Below are positions 16,017-28,310 of a stretch of 64,000 bases of DNA, one piece after another. The position numbers and the translations under genes are program-made. The notes under the pieces were generated by a model. That model saw only the letters and a list, made by a program, of their open reading frames with translations, was not told the origin of the DNA and ran no database searches. Origin of the DNA: the human T2T-CHM13v2.0 reference genome, Homo sapiens. The stretch lies in the NCBI RefSeq assembly GCF_009914755.1, contig NC_060938.1; one strand, written 5' to 3'. Position 1 is the stretch's first letter; each line of letters starts with the position of its first letter.

Positions 16017-18218
16017 TGAAATTTCTTATAACTACTGTTAAGGGGAAAAAAACTTAAAAGTAACCAGAAGGGGGAACAAGGCACATTACATACAGAGGAG
16101 CAAAGACGAGAGTGACCTGAACTTCTCATTGGAAATACTGCCAGAAGACAGTGGAACACCGTTTGAAAGCACTGAAAGGAAAAGCCAAAACCAAAACCAC
16201 TGTCAACCCCAAATTTAATATCCAGTGAAATATCTTTTAAAAAAGAAAGGCAGATTACTTTTTCAGGCATTTTAAAACCGAAGTGATTTCGCCGTCAGCA
16301 AACTTGCGCTATAAGACATGTTAATAAAGGGAGTCCTTGACACAGAAGGAAAATGATGCTAGAGAGAAATCTACATTTGCAGAGAGGAATAATGAGCACT
16401 AGAAATGGTAAATATGTGGGAAAATGTAAGATGTTTTTTGTTCTTATTTAAAAATCACTTTCAATGATGATTGACTGTTTAGAGTAAAAACATAATAATG
16501 TGCCGTTTGTAACATATGTAGATGTAAAATACACAATAACAATAGCACAAAGGCTAGGATGGAGGAGATTGTGTATATTATTGTTACAGTTCTCATAGGG
16601 GAAGTGATAATATTACTTGCAAGTAGTCTGTGATAAGCTAAAGATGTATGCTGTAAACCTTAAAGCAACTAGTAATAAAACAGATTTATGGTTATAAGTC
16701 TAACAATGGGAGATAAAATAACAAAAGATATTCAATGCAAAAGAAGGCAAAAAAATTAGGAAAGAGGGAACAAGGAACAGATGGGATAAAAACAAATAAC
16801 AAGATTTAAACCCAAACCATATCAATTATGGATGAAATGGTCTACCCATCCCATTTGAAAGACAAAGATTGTTAGGTTGGATAAAAAGTCAAGACTCAGT
16901 GCCTATAAGAAACCCACTTTATAAAGACACAAAAAGTTAAATATAAAGGGATAGAAAAAGATATATCATACTAATAGTAATAAAAGAAAGCTGGAGTTAA
17001 CATAGACAAGAGCAGATTTCAGAGCAAAGAATAGTACCAGGATAAAGAGACTCATAACAACAAGGGGGTCAGTTCATCAAAGGACATAACATTAGGTGTG
17101 TAATGTCAGCTGCTTAAACATTAGGTGCATAAATATTTATATAAATAATAAGCGAGCTCTAAAATACATGAAGCAATACTGACAGAAGCTGAATGGAGAA
17201 ATAGTAAAATCCACAATTATAGTTGGAGATTTCAACACCCCGCTCTCAATAATCAATAGATCAAGTAGACAGAAAATCAGTTAAGATTTATAAGACTGGA
17301 ACAACACTGTCACCCAATTTGGCTTAATTGACATTTATGGAACACTCCATGTAACAACAGCAGAATATACATTCTTTTCAATTGCCCATGGAATGTCCAC
17401 CAAGAGAGACCATATAAAACAAGTCTCAGTGTATCTAAAAAGATTGGAATCATTCAAAGTATATTCTCTGACTACTATGGGATTAAATTAAAAATCAGTA
17501 ACAAAAGTATCTGGACAATTTCTAAATATTTGGAAACTAACACACTTCTAAATAGCCCGTGGGTCAATGAAGAAACAGATAGAGACATTAGAAAGTATTT
17601 GGAATGGAATGCAAATGAAAACACAATATAAAAAATTTGTGCAGTGTTACTAGAAGAGTTCTCAGATAGTAATTTATAGCACTAAATATCTATATTAGTT
17701 GGGAAGAAATTTTCAAATCTGTGATCTCAGCTTCTACCTTAAGACACCAGAAAAAGAAAAGCAAATTCAACCCAAATAAGCCAATAAAAATAAGAGCAGA
17801 AATAACTGAAATAGCAAATAGAAAAATAGTAGAGGAAAATCAGTGAAACAAAAAGTTGGTTCTTTGAGACCAATGAAAGGTATATTTAGCCTGACTCATG
17901 GGAGATAACAGAGAAAAATTGCAAATTACTAATATTAGGAATGAGAGAAGTGACCTAATTATAGATACTGCAGACATTTGAAAGACACTAAGGTAATGTT
18001 ATGACCACCTTTATGCCAATGAATTCTACAACTTAGATGATATGGAAGAGTTCCTTGAAAGACGCAAACAATAAAAGCTCATTCAAGAAGAAATAGATAA
18101 CCCCCAAAGCCTCATGTTTATTTAAAAAATTGAATTCATGATTAAAAACCTTCCCACAAAGAAAACTCCAGTTGAATACTCGCTAGTGAATTGTACCACT
18201 TAAGAAATTATACCAATT

Positions 18219-18628
18219 TATCATGGGATGAATTGTACCTACCCCAACTCCAAATTTATATTTTGAAATCTTAACCCCCAGTGCCTCAAAAGGTAGCTTT
18301 ATTTGGAGATGGGGTCATGACTGAGGTAATCAAGTCAAAATGAGGTCATTAGGGGTGCATCCTATCCAATTCTCCCTCTATGCATATCTATCTCCGAATC
18401 TCCCCTTTCTATAAGGGAGAAGCTATGTGAATACAAAGACAGCCATCTACAAGTCAAGGAGAGAGGTCTGGAACAGATTCTTCCTTCAGAGCCCTCAGAA
18501 GGAACCAACCCTGCCAACAGCTTGATTTCAGACTTCTAGCTTCTGGAACTGTGAGACAACAAAATTCTGTTGTTTAAGGCACTCAGTTTATGGTACTCTA
18601 GTCATGGCAGCCCTGGGAAATGGATATA
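18219..18628 (+). mobile_element. MaLR solo LTR (MLT1-type) with an internal micro-inversion
   Basis: atgggatgaattgtacc...gtagctttatttggagat...ccctcagaaggaaccaaccctgccaacagcttgatttcagacttctagc...gaactgtgagac. Confidence 0.85.
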
Positions 18629-18644
18629 TATATATATCCGTATA

Positions 18645-18706
<62 letters not shown>

Positions 18707-18730
18707 CACATACACACACATATACACACA
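18625..18730 (+). repeat. Compound (TA)n/(TG)n/(CA)n microsatellite
   Basis: About 22 pure TA units at 18657-18700. Confidence 0.95.
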
Positions 18731-18872
18731 AACTCTTCTAGAATAGCAAAGAAGGGGGACACTTCCCAACTCATTCTATGAGGCCATGATTACCCTGGTA
18801 TCAAACCAAGAAAAGGACATCATAAGAGAAGAAAGCAAGAGACCAATATCTCTCATGAACATAGATACAAAA

Positions 18873-19171
18873 TTTTTTTTTTTTTTTTTTGAGACGGAGT
18901 CTCGCTCTGTCGCCCAGGCTGGAGTGCAGTGGCGCGATCTCGGCTTACTGCAAGCTCCACCTCCTGGGTTCATGCCATTCTCCTGCCTCAGCCTCCTGAG
19001 TAACTGGGACTACAGGCGCCCGCCACCACGCCCTGCTAATTTTTTGTATTTTTAGTAGAGACGGGGTTTCACTGCGTTAGCCAGGATGGTCTTGATCTCC
19101 TGACCACATGATCCGCCTGCCTCGGCCTCCCAAAGTGCTGGGATTACAGGTGTGAGCCACCGCACCCGGCT
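18873..19171 (-). mobile_element. AluY
   Basis: actgcaagctcc, catgccattctcc and gttagccaggatggtc diagnostic positions; TSD GATACAAAATTTT at 18864 and 19172. Confidence 0.95.
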
Positions 19172-19693
19172 GATACAAAATTTTTAAATAAAATTTTAGC
19201 AAATCAATCCAACTACATATATGTGCATATCATGACCAAGGAGGATTTGTCCCAGGAATGTAAGCTTGCCTTAACATTTGAAAATCAATGTAACTCAGCA
19301 TTAATGACTGAACTATAATGTTAATGACTAATTATGAAAGAAAAACCATATGAACATTTCAATAGATGCTGAAAGAGCTTTTGACAATATCCAACATTCA
19401 TTAGTGATTAAAAAAAAACAAACTTCCAGCAAACTAGAAATAGAAGAGAACTCCTTTAAACTGATAAGAGGCACCAAAAAAAAACATTAGCTCTAATGTC
19501 GTTCTTAACTGTGTAAGACTGACCACCTTCCCAGTGAGATCAGGAATAGGCAAGGGTGTCACGGAGAGTTATTTAGCATTCTACTGGAGATTGCCAGTGT
19601 GATAAGACAAGACAAGAAAAGGATCCAGATTGGAAAGGAGGAAGTAAAACTGCCTTTATGTGCAGATAACATGATCATCTATATGCAATTCCA

Positions 19694-20000
19694 GGCTGCG
19701 CACAGTGGCTCATGCTGTAATCCAGCCTTTGGGAAGCTGTAGCTGGAGGATCATTTGAGGCCAGGAGTTTGAGACCAGCTTGGGCAACATAGTGAGACCC
19801 CAGCTCTACAAAAATAAAAATAAAAACATTTAGAAGGGTGATGTGTGCCTGCAGTCCCAGCTCCTCGGAAGGCTGAGGTGGGAGGATTGCTTGAGCCCAG
19901 GAGTTCAAAGTTTTACAGTGAACTGTGATCGCACCACTTCACTCCAGCCTGGGTAACAGAGCGAGACCCTGACTTGGAAAGAAAAGAAAAGAAAAGAAAA
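19694..20000 (+). mobile_element. Alu (AluJ-type) with (GAAAA)n tail
   Basis: ggaggattgcttgagcccaggagttcaa; TSD AATTCCA. Confidence 0.9.
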
Positions 20001-21537
20001 TTCCACTCTGTCTATTTTAAAAAGCTTCTAGTACTAAAAAGTGAGTTTAGTAAGGTTGCAGAATCCAAGGTCAATATCCAAAATTAATTGTATTTCTACA
20101 TACGAGAAATCAACAATCTGAAAATAAAAGTTAAAAATACCATTTATATTATCAAACTATGAAATAATTAGAGATAAATTTGACAAAAGACATTCAAGAT
20201 CTTTTCATTTAAAAAACCACAAACTGTTCCTTAGGGAAATTAAAGAAGACCTAAATAAATGGAGAGAGACATCCTGTTCATGGATTGGGAGACTCAATAT
20301 TATTAAGGTGTTTCCCCAGATATTTTAGAATCAGTGCAACTCCAGCTGTAGAACACAAACATCATGAAGGGCTTCTCAAAGATTTGGCAAATGGGCTGAT
20401 CCCATCCGTTTGGTAAAGGGTTAGGCACTGGTTGCACAGGCTTGTGCTGAACTGTGTGAGTTTGAGAATGGTCTCTAAAATTATTTTCTGGGGCAACAGG
20501 GACTGTCAAGAGGTGGGATGAGGCCAGGAGCCAGGCCTGACTAGGAGGGTCTCCGAGATAAGAGTGAGTAGGATAGGGCCACGAGGGAGGCGAAGGCTTA
20601 CCCAGAAGTTTGACAGCCAGGTGATGGGGTTATGGATGACTCTTATTTTCGTTGTATTTTTCTGTTTTTTTTGTTTGTTTTGTTTGTTTTTTTTTTTGGG
20701 CAGAGCACACATATTTCCAATGAAATCAGAGAAACAACAATCCTATAGCTGTTTCCTTTGGGATTTTGTTTTTGCACTTCTGTATAGTTTGAATAATTTA
20801 CAAGAAGACTGTATTTTTTGTAACCAAAAACGAAAGGCAGGCAGGCAGAAAGAACATGACCTGTGGCTAGATCAATACTTGTTCAATCTTTGGAGACTGT
20901 GAGGAACTCCTGGTGGGGCCATGTCTTGGTAACGAGGACACAGAAACTGTGGTAAATATGGCACCGACAAGTGACTGCACCATATTTTACTTGTCATATT
21001 CTTTTCAAATCTGTTACTTTTGTCGGACACAAAGAATGTCTCTAGTTAATACATGAAATCATCTTGGAACATTTGACAGAAGATTTAACTCCTTAATTCT
21101 ATGAAGGCAGTTTGGGATCTCTAATTACTTAATTGAAAAAAGCACGCACTTCAGTCTGCTGCAATGTTGGGGAATTAATCTTTAAAACCTGACAGTGAAC
21201 ATTAAATTCAATTAAGGAGACCAATTGGCAAAGATTCTTCCCTCCTTCACCCTGGATAGCTTTGAGAGGTAGCTGACTGGTCTGCATTGATTCAGATGCT
21301 GTCGTTGTCTGTGCATCTACTAGGAGAGCCAAGTGTGCGTTTTTCACTTCAGGGGGAGCTTGTCAGACGATTTACAGATTGATGGATCTCCTTACATGTT
21401 TCCGTGGCTGATTTGGGAGTTCCCCTGGACAAGAATTCAAACATTCCAGTTTGCTGCTTTTGGCCTTGGACTTCATAGAGTTCAAGTTTTTTGTAATTTC
21501 TTCTTTCTTGCATGAGACCACTATGTTGCCCAAGCTG

Positions 21538-21972
21538 GTTCTTCCTCCTCCCTCCGTCCTCTCCTCCTCTCCATCCTCTCTTCCCCTCCCTTCTCTTCTC
21601 TTCTTCCCCCTTCCTCTCTGCACCCCCCTTCCTTTTTCCCTTCTCTTTCCCTCTCCCCGCTTCCTCTCCCCCGCTCCTTCCTTTTTCCCTTCTCCCCTTC
21701 TCTTCTCTCCCCCTTCCTCTCCCCCTTGCTCCTTCCTTTTTCCCTTCTCCCCTTCTCTTCTCTCCCCCTTCCTCTCCCCCTTGCTCCTTCCTTTTTCCCT
21801 TCTCTTCTTCTTTCACCCCTTCCTCTCCCCCTGCTCCTTCCTTCCTTTTTCCCTTCTCTTTTCCTCCCTTTCCGTTTCCCATCCTGTGTTTCTTTTTTCT
21901 CTCCTCTCCCCAATTCCTCCATCACTCCTTCTCTCCCTTCCTTTTTTCTTCTGCTCCTCCTCCTCTCCGTCT
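21538..21972 (+). repeat. CT-rich polypyrimidine minisatellite, higher-order period ~50-57 nt
   Basis: Recurring cttcctctcccc(ctt)gctccttcctttttcccttctc units. Confidence 0.9.
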
Positions 21973-22069
21973 TGGTTAATTTAACTTTTTATTTTAAATA
22001 TGAAATGTTTTAAACATACTCAAAATTATAGAAGGTAACAGATACCTATACACCTGTCACTGAGATTGT

Positions 22070-23310
22070 CAAATCCCCAGGTGTGTCTGTTCTCATTCTC
22101 AGCGGACCCACCCATCAGCATTTGACATGGTGACCAGCCTCTTTGTCAAAACACTCTCTTCTCTACGCTTCCAGGACTTTCCTCTTCTGTTTTTTTCCCA
22201 CACTTCACTGGCCTCTTCTTAGACTCCTTTCTGGTTTCTCTCTCTCCTCCCCTGGTTCCCAGCCTGTGAAACTTGGAGGCCTGGGGCTGAGATGTGGGAC
22301 TCCTCTCTGTCCTGTCTGCACTTGCTCCCTAGGAGAGCTCATCCAGCTCAAGGCTGCGGCACAATTTCCACAATGGCATCCACAGCTCAGCCTCTACCCT
22401 GGGCCTCTCTTTTGAACATCACACTGGTACGGGAATGAGTCTTTATACTGTCTGCTGTCTGTCATTCAAAACTGAGCTCCAGGTCCTCCTTCCCTCAAAC
22501 TTACCCCTTCTGCAGGCTGACCCATCCCTGCAACTCCACCCCTTTCAGTGCTTGGGCCAGGAACTGCGAATGTGTCCTGGGCTTTTCCCTTGCCCTCATA
22601 TCCTACCTCCAGTCCAGGGAAGTCCTGTTGGTTCTACCCTCCAAGGCAGGCCACTTCTCTACTGCCTCCCACTGTTCCAAGCCATTTCCTCTCTCCCTGG
22701 ATTCTTGCAGAAGCCTCCTGATTGTCTTCCTTCATCTCTCTTGCCCTTCATTCTCCTCCCTGCATGGCAGCTGGAGTGGTCCTACTGCAGTGGAACCAGC
22801 CCTCATTCCCCTCCGTTCCACCTGCAGAACCCTGGGATGCCCCAACGGCTTGTGGTTTTCCGACTTCATCCCTTTCTTACCACCTCCCTGCCAACCCCCA
22901 GCCTTGCTCACTTCTCTAGCTGCAGTGGCCCTTCTTGCTGTTGCTTGACCATGCCAGGCATACTCCTGTCACTGCCTGGAAGCTTCTTCCCTCAATTTCT
23001 ACATAGCTGGCTTTCTCACCCCTTCAGGACTTCCTCCAAAGTCACCTCCTCAGAGAGGTCCTCCCTGGCCACCATTTCAGCCCCTTCCCTTGACCTTATA
23101 GAGCCCTTTCCTGGTTACTTTTTAATACTTCAGTCTTCACCACTGCCTTAAGGACTGTGGATTTTTATTTGTTCAGTGTCTGTCTCCCTCACTAGAATAT
23201 AAACTCTTTGAAGGCAGAGATTTTTGTCTTATTTGTTTCCTGTTACACAATGCCTGGCTAATAGCAGGTCCTCAGGAAATCTTTGTTGAATGAATGAATA
23301 AATGAATGAG
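22070..23310 (+). mobile_element. L2 LINE 3' portion
   Basis: aagtcacctcctcagagaggtcctccctggccacc...tgtctgtctccctcactagaatataaactctttgaaggcagaga...ttgttgaatgaatgaa. Confidence 0.85.
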
Positions 23311-23351
23311 TTTCAGAGGAAACATTTGGGCATGTTTTCTTCGGAGAGCAT

Positions 23352-23760
23352 TTTCCATCTCTCCCTCTCCTCATCTCCCACACCCCATCGCATCAACCCA
23401 GTGCATTTCATCTCCCCCACCCCATCTCATCTCCCCTACCTCATCTCCCCTCCCCATCTCATCCTCCCCTACCCCATCTCATCTCCCCTACTCCATCTCA
23501 TCTCATCTCATCTCATCTCATCTCATCTCATCTCATCTCATCTCATCTCATCTCATCTTCTTTTACCCCATCTGCTCTCCCCTATGCCATCTACTCTTTC
23601 CTACCCCATCTACTCTCCCCTACCCCATCTCATCTCCTTTACCTCATTTCATCTCCTCTACCCGATCTGCTCTCCTCTACCCCATCTCAAGTCCCCTACT
23701 CCATCTCCTCTCCCCTACCCCATCTCATCTCCCCTGCCTTATCTACTCTCCCCTACATGT
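23352..23760 (+). repeat. (CATCT)n pentamer microsatellite (23494-23558) within a degenerate ccctaccccatctcatctc minisatellite
   Basis: About 13 pure CATCT units with decaying flanks. Confidence 0.9.
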
Positions 23761-23934
23761 TCCACCCTCTCTTTGGAAGAGCTGCTGCTTAGTGTTCATA
23801 GCTTTTCCCTCTAGCCCTGCCCCTTTCCCTCCCTTCCTAGGAGTGATGGCCCTCCTCATGCATGTTTTTATAGCCTGGCTACAAATTCACGTATAAATGA
23901 GATCTGCTTTTTTTTTTCTTTGTGTGTGTGTGTG

Positions 23935-24680
23935 TATTTTTAAAAACTGTGGCAGAATAATACACAGCATAAAATTGACCATCTTCACCGCTATTAAGCA
24001 TACAGGTCAGTGGCATTAAGCACATTCACAGTGTTGTGCAGTCTGCACCCCATCTGTCTGCAGAACTCTTTATCTTGGAAAACTGAAACTCTGTCCCCAT
24101 TAAACAACTCCCCATTCCCCCTCCCCCAGCCCTGGCCACCACCATTCTACTTTCTATCTATCTCTATGATTTTGACTACTCTGGGTACCTCATATAAGTG
24201 CAGTTATATAGTATTTGTCCTTATGTGTCTGGCTTATTTTACTTAGCATAATATCTTCAAGTTTCATCCATGTTGTAGCAAGTGCCAAGATTTCTTTCCA
24301 TTCTAAGGCTGAATACTATTCCACTGTATGGATAGAACACATTTTTACAATTCATTCATCCATCCATAGACACTTGGATTACTCCCCTCTTTTGGCTATT
24401 ATTAATAATGCTGCTATGAACATGGATGTACAGTATCTTTTTGAGACCCTGGTTTCAGCTTTTTGGGCATTTACCCAGAAGTGGAATGGCTGGATCATGT
24501 CATAATTCTACATTTAATTTTTTGAGGAACCATCATGCTGTTTTTCACAGTGGCTGCACCATTTGACATGCCCACCAGCAGTGGACAAGGGTTCCAGTTT
24601 TTCCACATCCTTGTCAATGCTTGTTATTTTCTGTTTTTTGATAGCAGCCATCCTAATGGGTACAAGGTGGTGTTTCATGT
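23935..24680 (-). mobile_element. L1MB-type LINE 3' end
   Basis: ataaaattgaccatctt...cagtggcattaagcacattcaca...ccctggccaccaccattctactttct...gctgctatgaacatgg. Confidence 0.9.
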
Positions 24681-26026
24681 AAAAACTTAAATGGCATTGT
24701 ACTTCGTATATGCAGCTTGACTTATGTACTTAATATTAACTTTTTTACCATTTAACCATGTAAGCCCTGTAGATCTCGTTTATTTTACTATTTAAATAAA
24801 ATTAAACTCATATTCATACATATTTTTGGAAAACAGCAGTTCCCTGTGCCCCATCTCCCTCCCGTGAATTCTTATTCCACTTTGAAGTCTTCTGGCTGTG
24901 TCTTCTGGCTGTGTCGTGTTTCTAAATGTAAATACTGCTGTTTCTTGATTTTTTCAGTTTGAGACCCCAGCTATTGACCCTTAGTGAGGAAGAAAGGAAC
25001 TGAGCTCTCTTCACATTTTTTGAAGGCTACTCTTGACCTTTTGTTTTCTTAAGTGTAGACATTTACATAATCCCAGGAAACAAGGTTTCAGAGCTCTGAT
25101 CCTTTGCATTCTGAGAACATTCGGGACTTGGCAGGTTGAATTTTCTTGTCTTTAATGAGAAGGTTATCCCTGGGATCAGGTTGGTAGAAGTGCATGGGTG
25201 TACTTTGTTTGGGTTTTTCTCTTATTAAAGAAAATGAAGCTTGGTTTTCCTAATGGAACAGGTCTGGAATCCACATCCAGTTGTGTGCCAGCCATTATGC
25301 CATGTGCTGTGCAGCCATTACCTCCTCAGCCTTCACCACTGCCCTCGGGGTGGCGCTCTTCTTATTCCCACTTCAGGGAGGAGAGGACTGAGGCCCAGAG
25401 AGGCAAAGCCACTCAGCCAAGGCCCGAGGCCTGCCAGCAGCCGTATCAGGTGGGAGGCACTCCGTTCTGACTCCCACACGCTGGCTGCAAGTGCTCCTCT
25501 GCTTCTCGGGTTCAGCCTCTGAGCCACCTGGGTGGTAGGTGAGAGCACTGCCCTCATCCTGCAGTGACAAGAAGGTAGGGGACTAGCACTGCTGAGTACC
25601 TCTGTGTGTCAGGCCCTGGGCCTACCCTGACATATTCCAAACTCTCCGGCAGTTCCCCTGGGCTGCACGGTGTGTTTGGCGGCATTTGCTGGGAGAGCTG
25701 GTGGAAAGCTAAGCTCAGGGGCTCTCACGTGGTGTGGCCCTGGCTCTGGGAATGTGCAGTTTTATACTTGATATCTTAGATCATTTTTCAGAAGTCATTG
25801 AGTGTAACAGGGTTTTCTCTCATGAGCCTCATACCCTCATGAAAGGCCAGCATGGGAAGGAGGGAAAGCACCTTCTCTCCTCCAACAAAAGGACAGCTGC
25901 CCCTACGGCAGATATTTGTACTTTGACTGGTTGTAAATACGAGTGTAGCACATTCCTTTTTGGATCTCTGTCTTACAGCAGAACCCATGAAAATAGCCTG
26001 GACTTGGGCAGTGTCCATGGCAGGAC

Positions 26027-26150
26027 AGATGCCAGGGATGCAGGCGAGCCTGGGATAAGATGCCAGGGATGCAGGCGAGCCTGGGATAAGATGCCAGGGA
26101 TGCAGGCGAGCCTGGGATAAGATGCCAGGGACGCAGGTGAGCCTGGGATA
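26027..26150 (+). repeat. 31-bp tandem repeat x4 (AGATGCCAGGGATGCAGGCGAGCCTGGGATA)
   Basis: Copies start at 26027, 26058, 26089 and 26120. The first three are identical; the fourth has 2 substitutions. Confidence 0.95.
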
Positions 26151-26226
26151 GGGTTGTGAATGCTGAGGGTGCAGGACTCCCACCCGGCTGCAGGGATGAA
26201 ACAGGTGTGAAGGGCTGGGTAGGTGA

Positions 26227-26539
<313 letters not shown>

Positions 26540-26774
26540 AGAATGCAGTTTTCTTAACCCCAGAAAAAATTTGGGGAAATGATCCTCCCAACTTACCAAT
26601 CCCAAGCCTTTACATTTCTGCAATGAAAAGTTTAACATCTAGATATAGATTTGATGGTAAAATAATGAGAATCTAATTCCACCGAGACCTTTTTCTTTCT
26701 ACAGTGGGGTCGAGCTGAGCCCTGGAGATCAGGCCCTTGTTGTGACACCTGGTGCTGTCTGTGTTTGCCTGCAG

Positions 26775-26922
26775 GTATGGAACGCCGTGGACTCCGGGCA
26801 CTGCCTGCAGACCTACTCCCTGCACACAGAGGCAGTGCGGGCCGCCCGGTGGGCTCCCTGTGGCCGGCGCATCCTCAGTGGTGGCTTTGACTTCGCGCTG
26901 CACCTAACAGACCTTGAAACAG
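26775..26922 (+). CDS. WDR25: Internal coding exon of WD repeat-containing protein 25 (exon 3 by my recollection of the numbering); encodes [49 protein letters not shown](G)
   Basis: Acceptor tgtttgcctgcAG|GTATGG and donor ACAG|GTgcgt. 148 nt, phase 0 in and phase 1 out. WD40 pattern (H..V....W......LSGG.D). Locally CpG-rich. Splices in frame to the exon at 42748. Confidence 0.95.
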
Positions 26923-28129
26923 GTGCGTTTCTTGTGTCACCTCCCTGAGGTGAGCTGGCAGCTCTCTCCCTGGGGAAGGTTCTCTGGTGGGCACGCAGCC
27001 ACAAGCTGTATACGCTTGCGTGGCAGAGGGAGAGGGGCCTCAGGGTGGGCTCGTGCTCGGTGAGAGGGCTTCCAGACTGCTTGCCCATTGGAACTGCGAC
27101 TCCCCACAGAGGATGGGCCTCTGCCAGCCAACACAGAGGACAGAGCCCCAAGGTTGTCTCAGCCTCAAGCCATGGGGCTGGATAAAGAGGTGGCTTTTTA
27201 ATCTACTTCTGACATGCAATTTGTGCTGAAATAGATTTAACTTTATCATTGTGTCCTTTGGTTGGAATCAGGTTAGAATTCCTGTCAATTCATTATCGTT
27301 GAAAGTCTGTGAGAAATGATTCCAGCTCATAAGGAAAGTCTTCAAACGAGTTCTGCTTTAATGCCCACACTGAAAAGGCACTTGGGTAGGATGGATTCGT
27401 GCCGGGTAAATCCTGAGAGGGCTCTTGACAAGCAGGGCGAGAAGGAGAGAGAAGTCAGTGGAAGGAACTTTCCTTACTCAGCGCTCCTGTGCAACAGGCA
27501 CTGTCAATACCCACCGCAGCCACAGCCCCCAGGTGGGCTCTCTCCGGGGTTTACAGTGAGGACTGCCAGGGAGTGACAGAGCTGGGATTCGCACCTCTGC
27601 CATCTGCCTCCCAGTCCGAGCTCCTTCCTCTCTTTCTCCTTTCCCCTCCCCTCCCCTTTTCTTTCCTTTCCTTTCCCTCTATGTTCTCTTTCTTTTCTTT
27701 CTTTCCTTTTTAAAAATGTTTTATCCCCCTCCATGAGCAGGATCCAGCTTCTTTCAGCACCACACTACCTCCTCCCCAGAGCTCCTCGGTCTCATTTCTG
27801 CTGGGCTCCACTGCCAGGAGCCCAGGGAGAGGCCAGACTTCACACCAGTCCCTGGGGCTCCCCTTGAACCCTCAGGCCAGCATCTTGCCTGCCTAGCCCC
27901 GCAGTGGTGGTGGCTCTGGGCCCTGCCTCTCCTAGGGTCTGGCAAGAAGGAGATGATAACTTGCTGGTCCAACCCCTGCCACTCATGCCCAGCAGCCCCC
28001 AGGAGACGCAGAGGGAAAATGGAGAAGGTGGTTTGTTTCCACCTTGAGTGTGGGCGGCCTTGCAGCTCCTTGCATGCTCAGTAGGGGAGGGGACAGTACT
28101 AATGGTCACAGGGCCCCTGCCACGTGCTA

Positions 28130-28310
28130 TAGGCTTTGCACACAGCATGTCTAATCCTCACTGCAGCTGCCAGCAGTGATTATTTCCATTTTAAAGGAGA
28201 GGAAACTGAGGCTCAGAGGGGCAAAGCAGCTTGCTCAGTGCCTCCCAGTGGTGCATAGCCAGCAGGGATTTGAAGCCATGTCTGTACAACTACAGATTCT
28301 GTGCCCTTCC
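28130..28310 (-). mobile_element. MIR SINE
   Basis: taatcctcac...tccattttaaaggagaggaaactgaggctcagagggg. Confidence 0.75.

Larger units (their letters stand above)
15095..20320 (+). mobile_element. Old L1M LINE: ORF1 and ORF2 (endonuclease to RT) remnant, interrupted by three Alus, an MLT1 LTR and a (TA)n
   Basis: ORF2-like atagttggagatttcaacacccc (IVGDFNTP), catttcaatagatgctgaaagagcttttgac (ISIDAE.AFD) and ttatgtgcagataacatgatc (LCADNMI, cf. LFADDMI). Many stops and frameshifts. Confidence 0.9.

Noticed and set aside
21349-22013. Overlapping long E/G/K/R-rich and P/S/F/L-rich ORFs
   Set aside because: Artefact of the CT-rich repeat, which lacks stop codons in most frames.
22435-23896. 238-, 170- and 196-aa ORFs
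   Set aside because: They lie in decayed L2 and the CATCT repeat; low-complexity translations with no splice structure.
26027-26150. Direct repeat array of ~30 bp, superficially CRISPR-like
   Set aside because: Units are head-to-tail with no spacers, there are no cas genes, and the context is eukaryotic.
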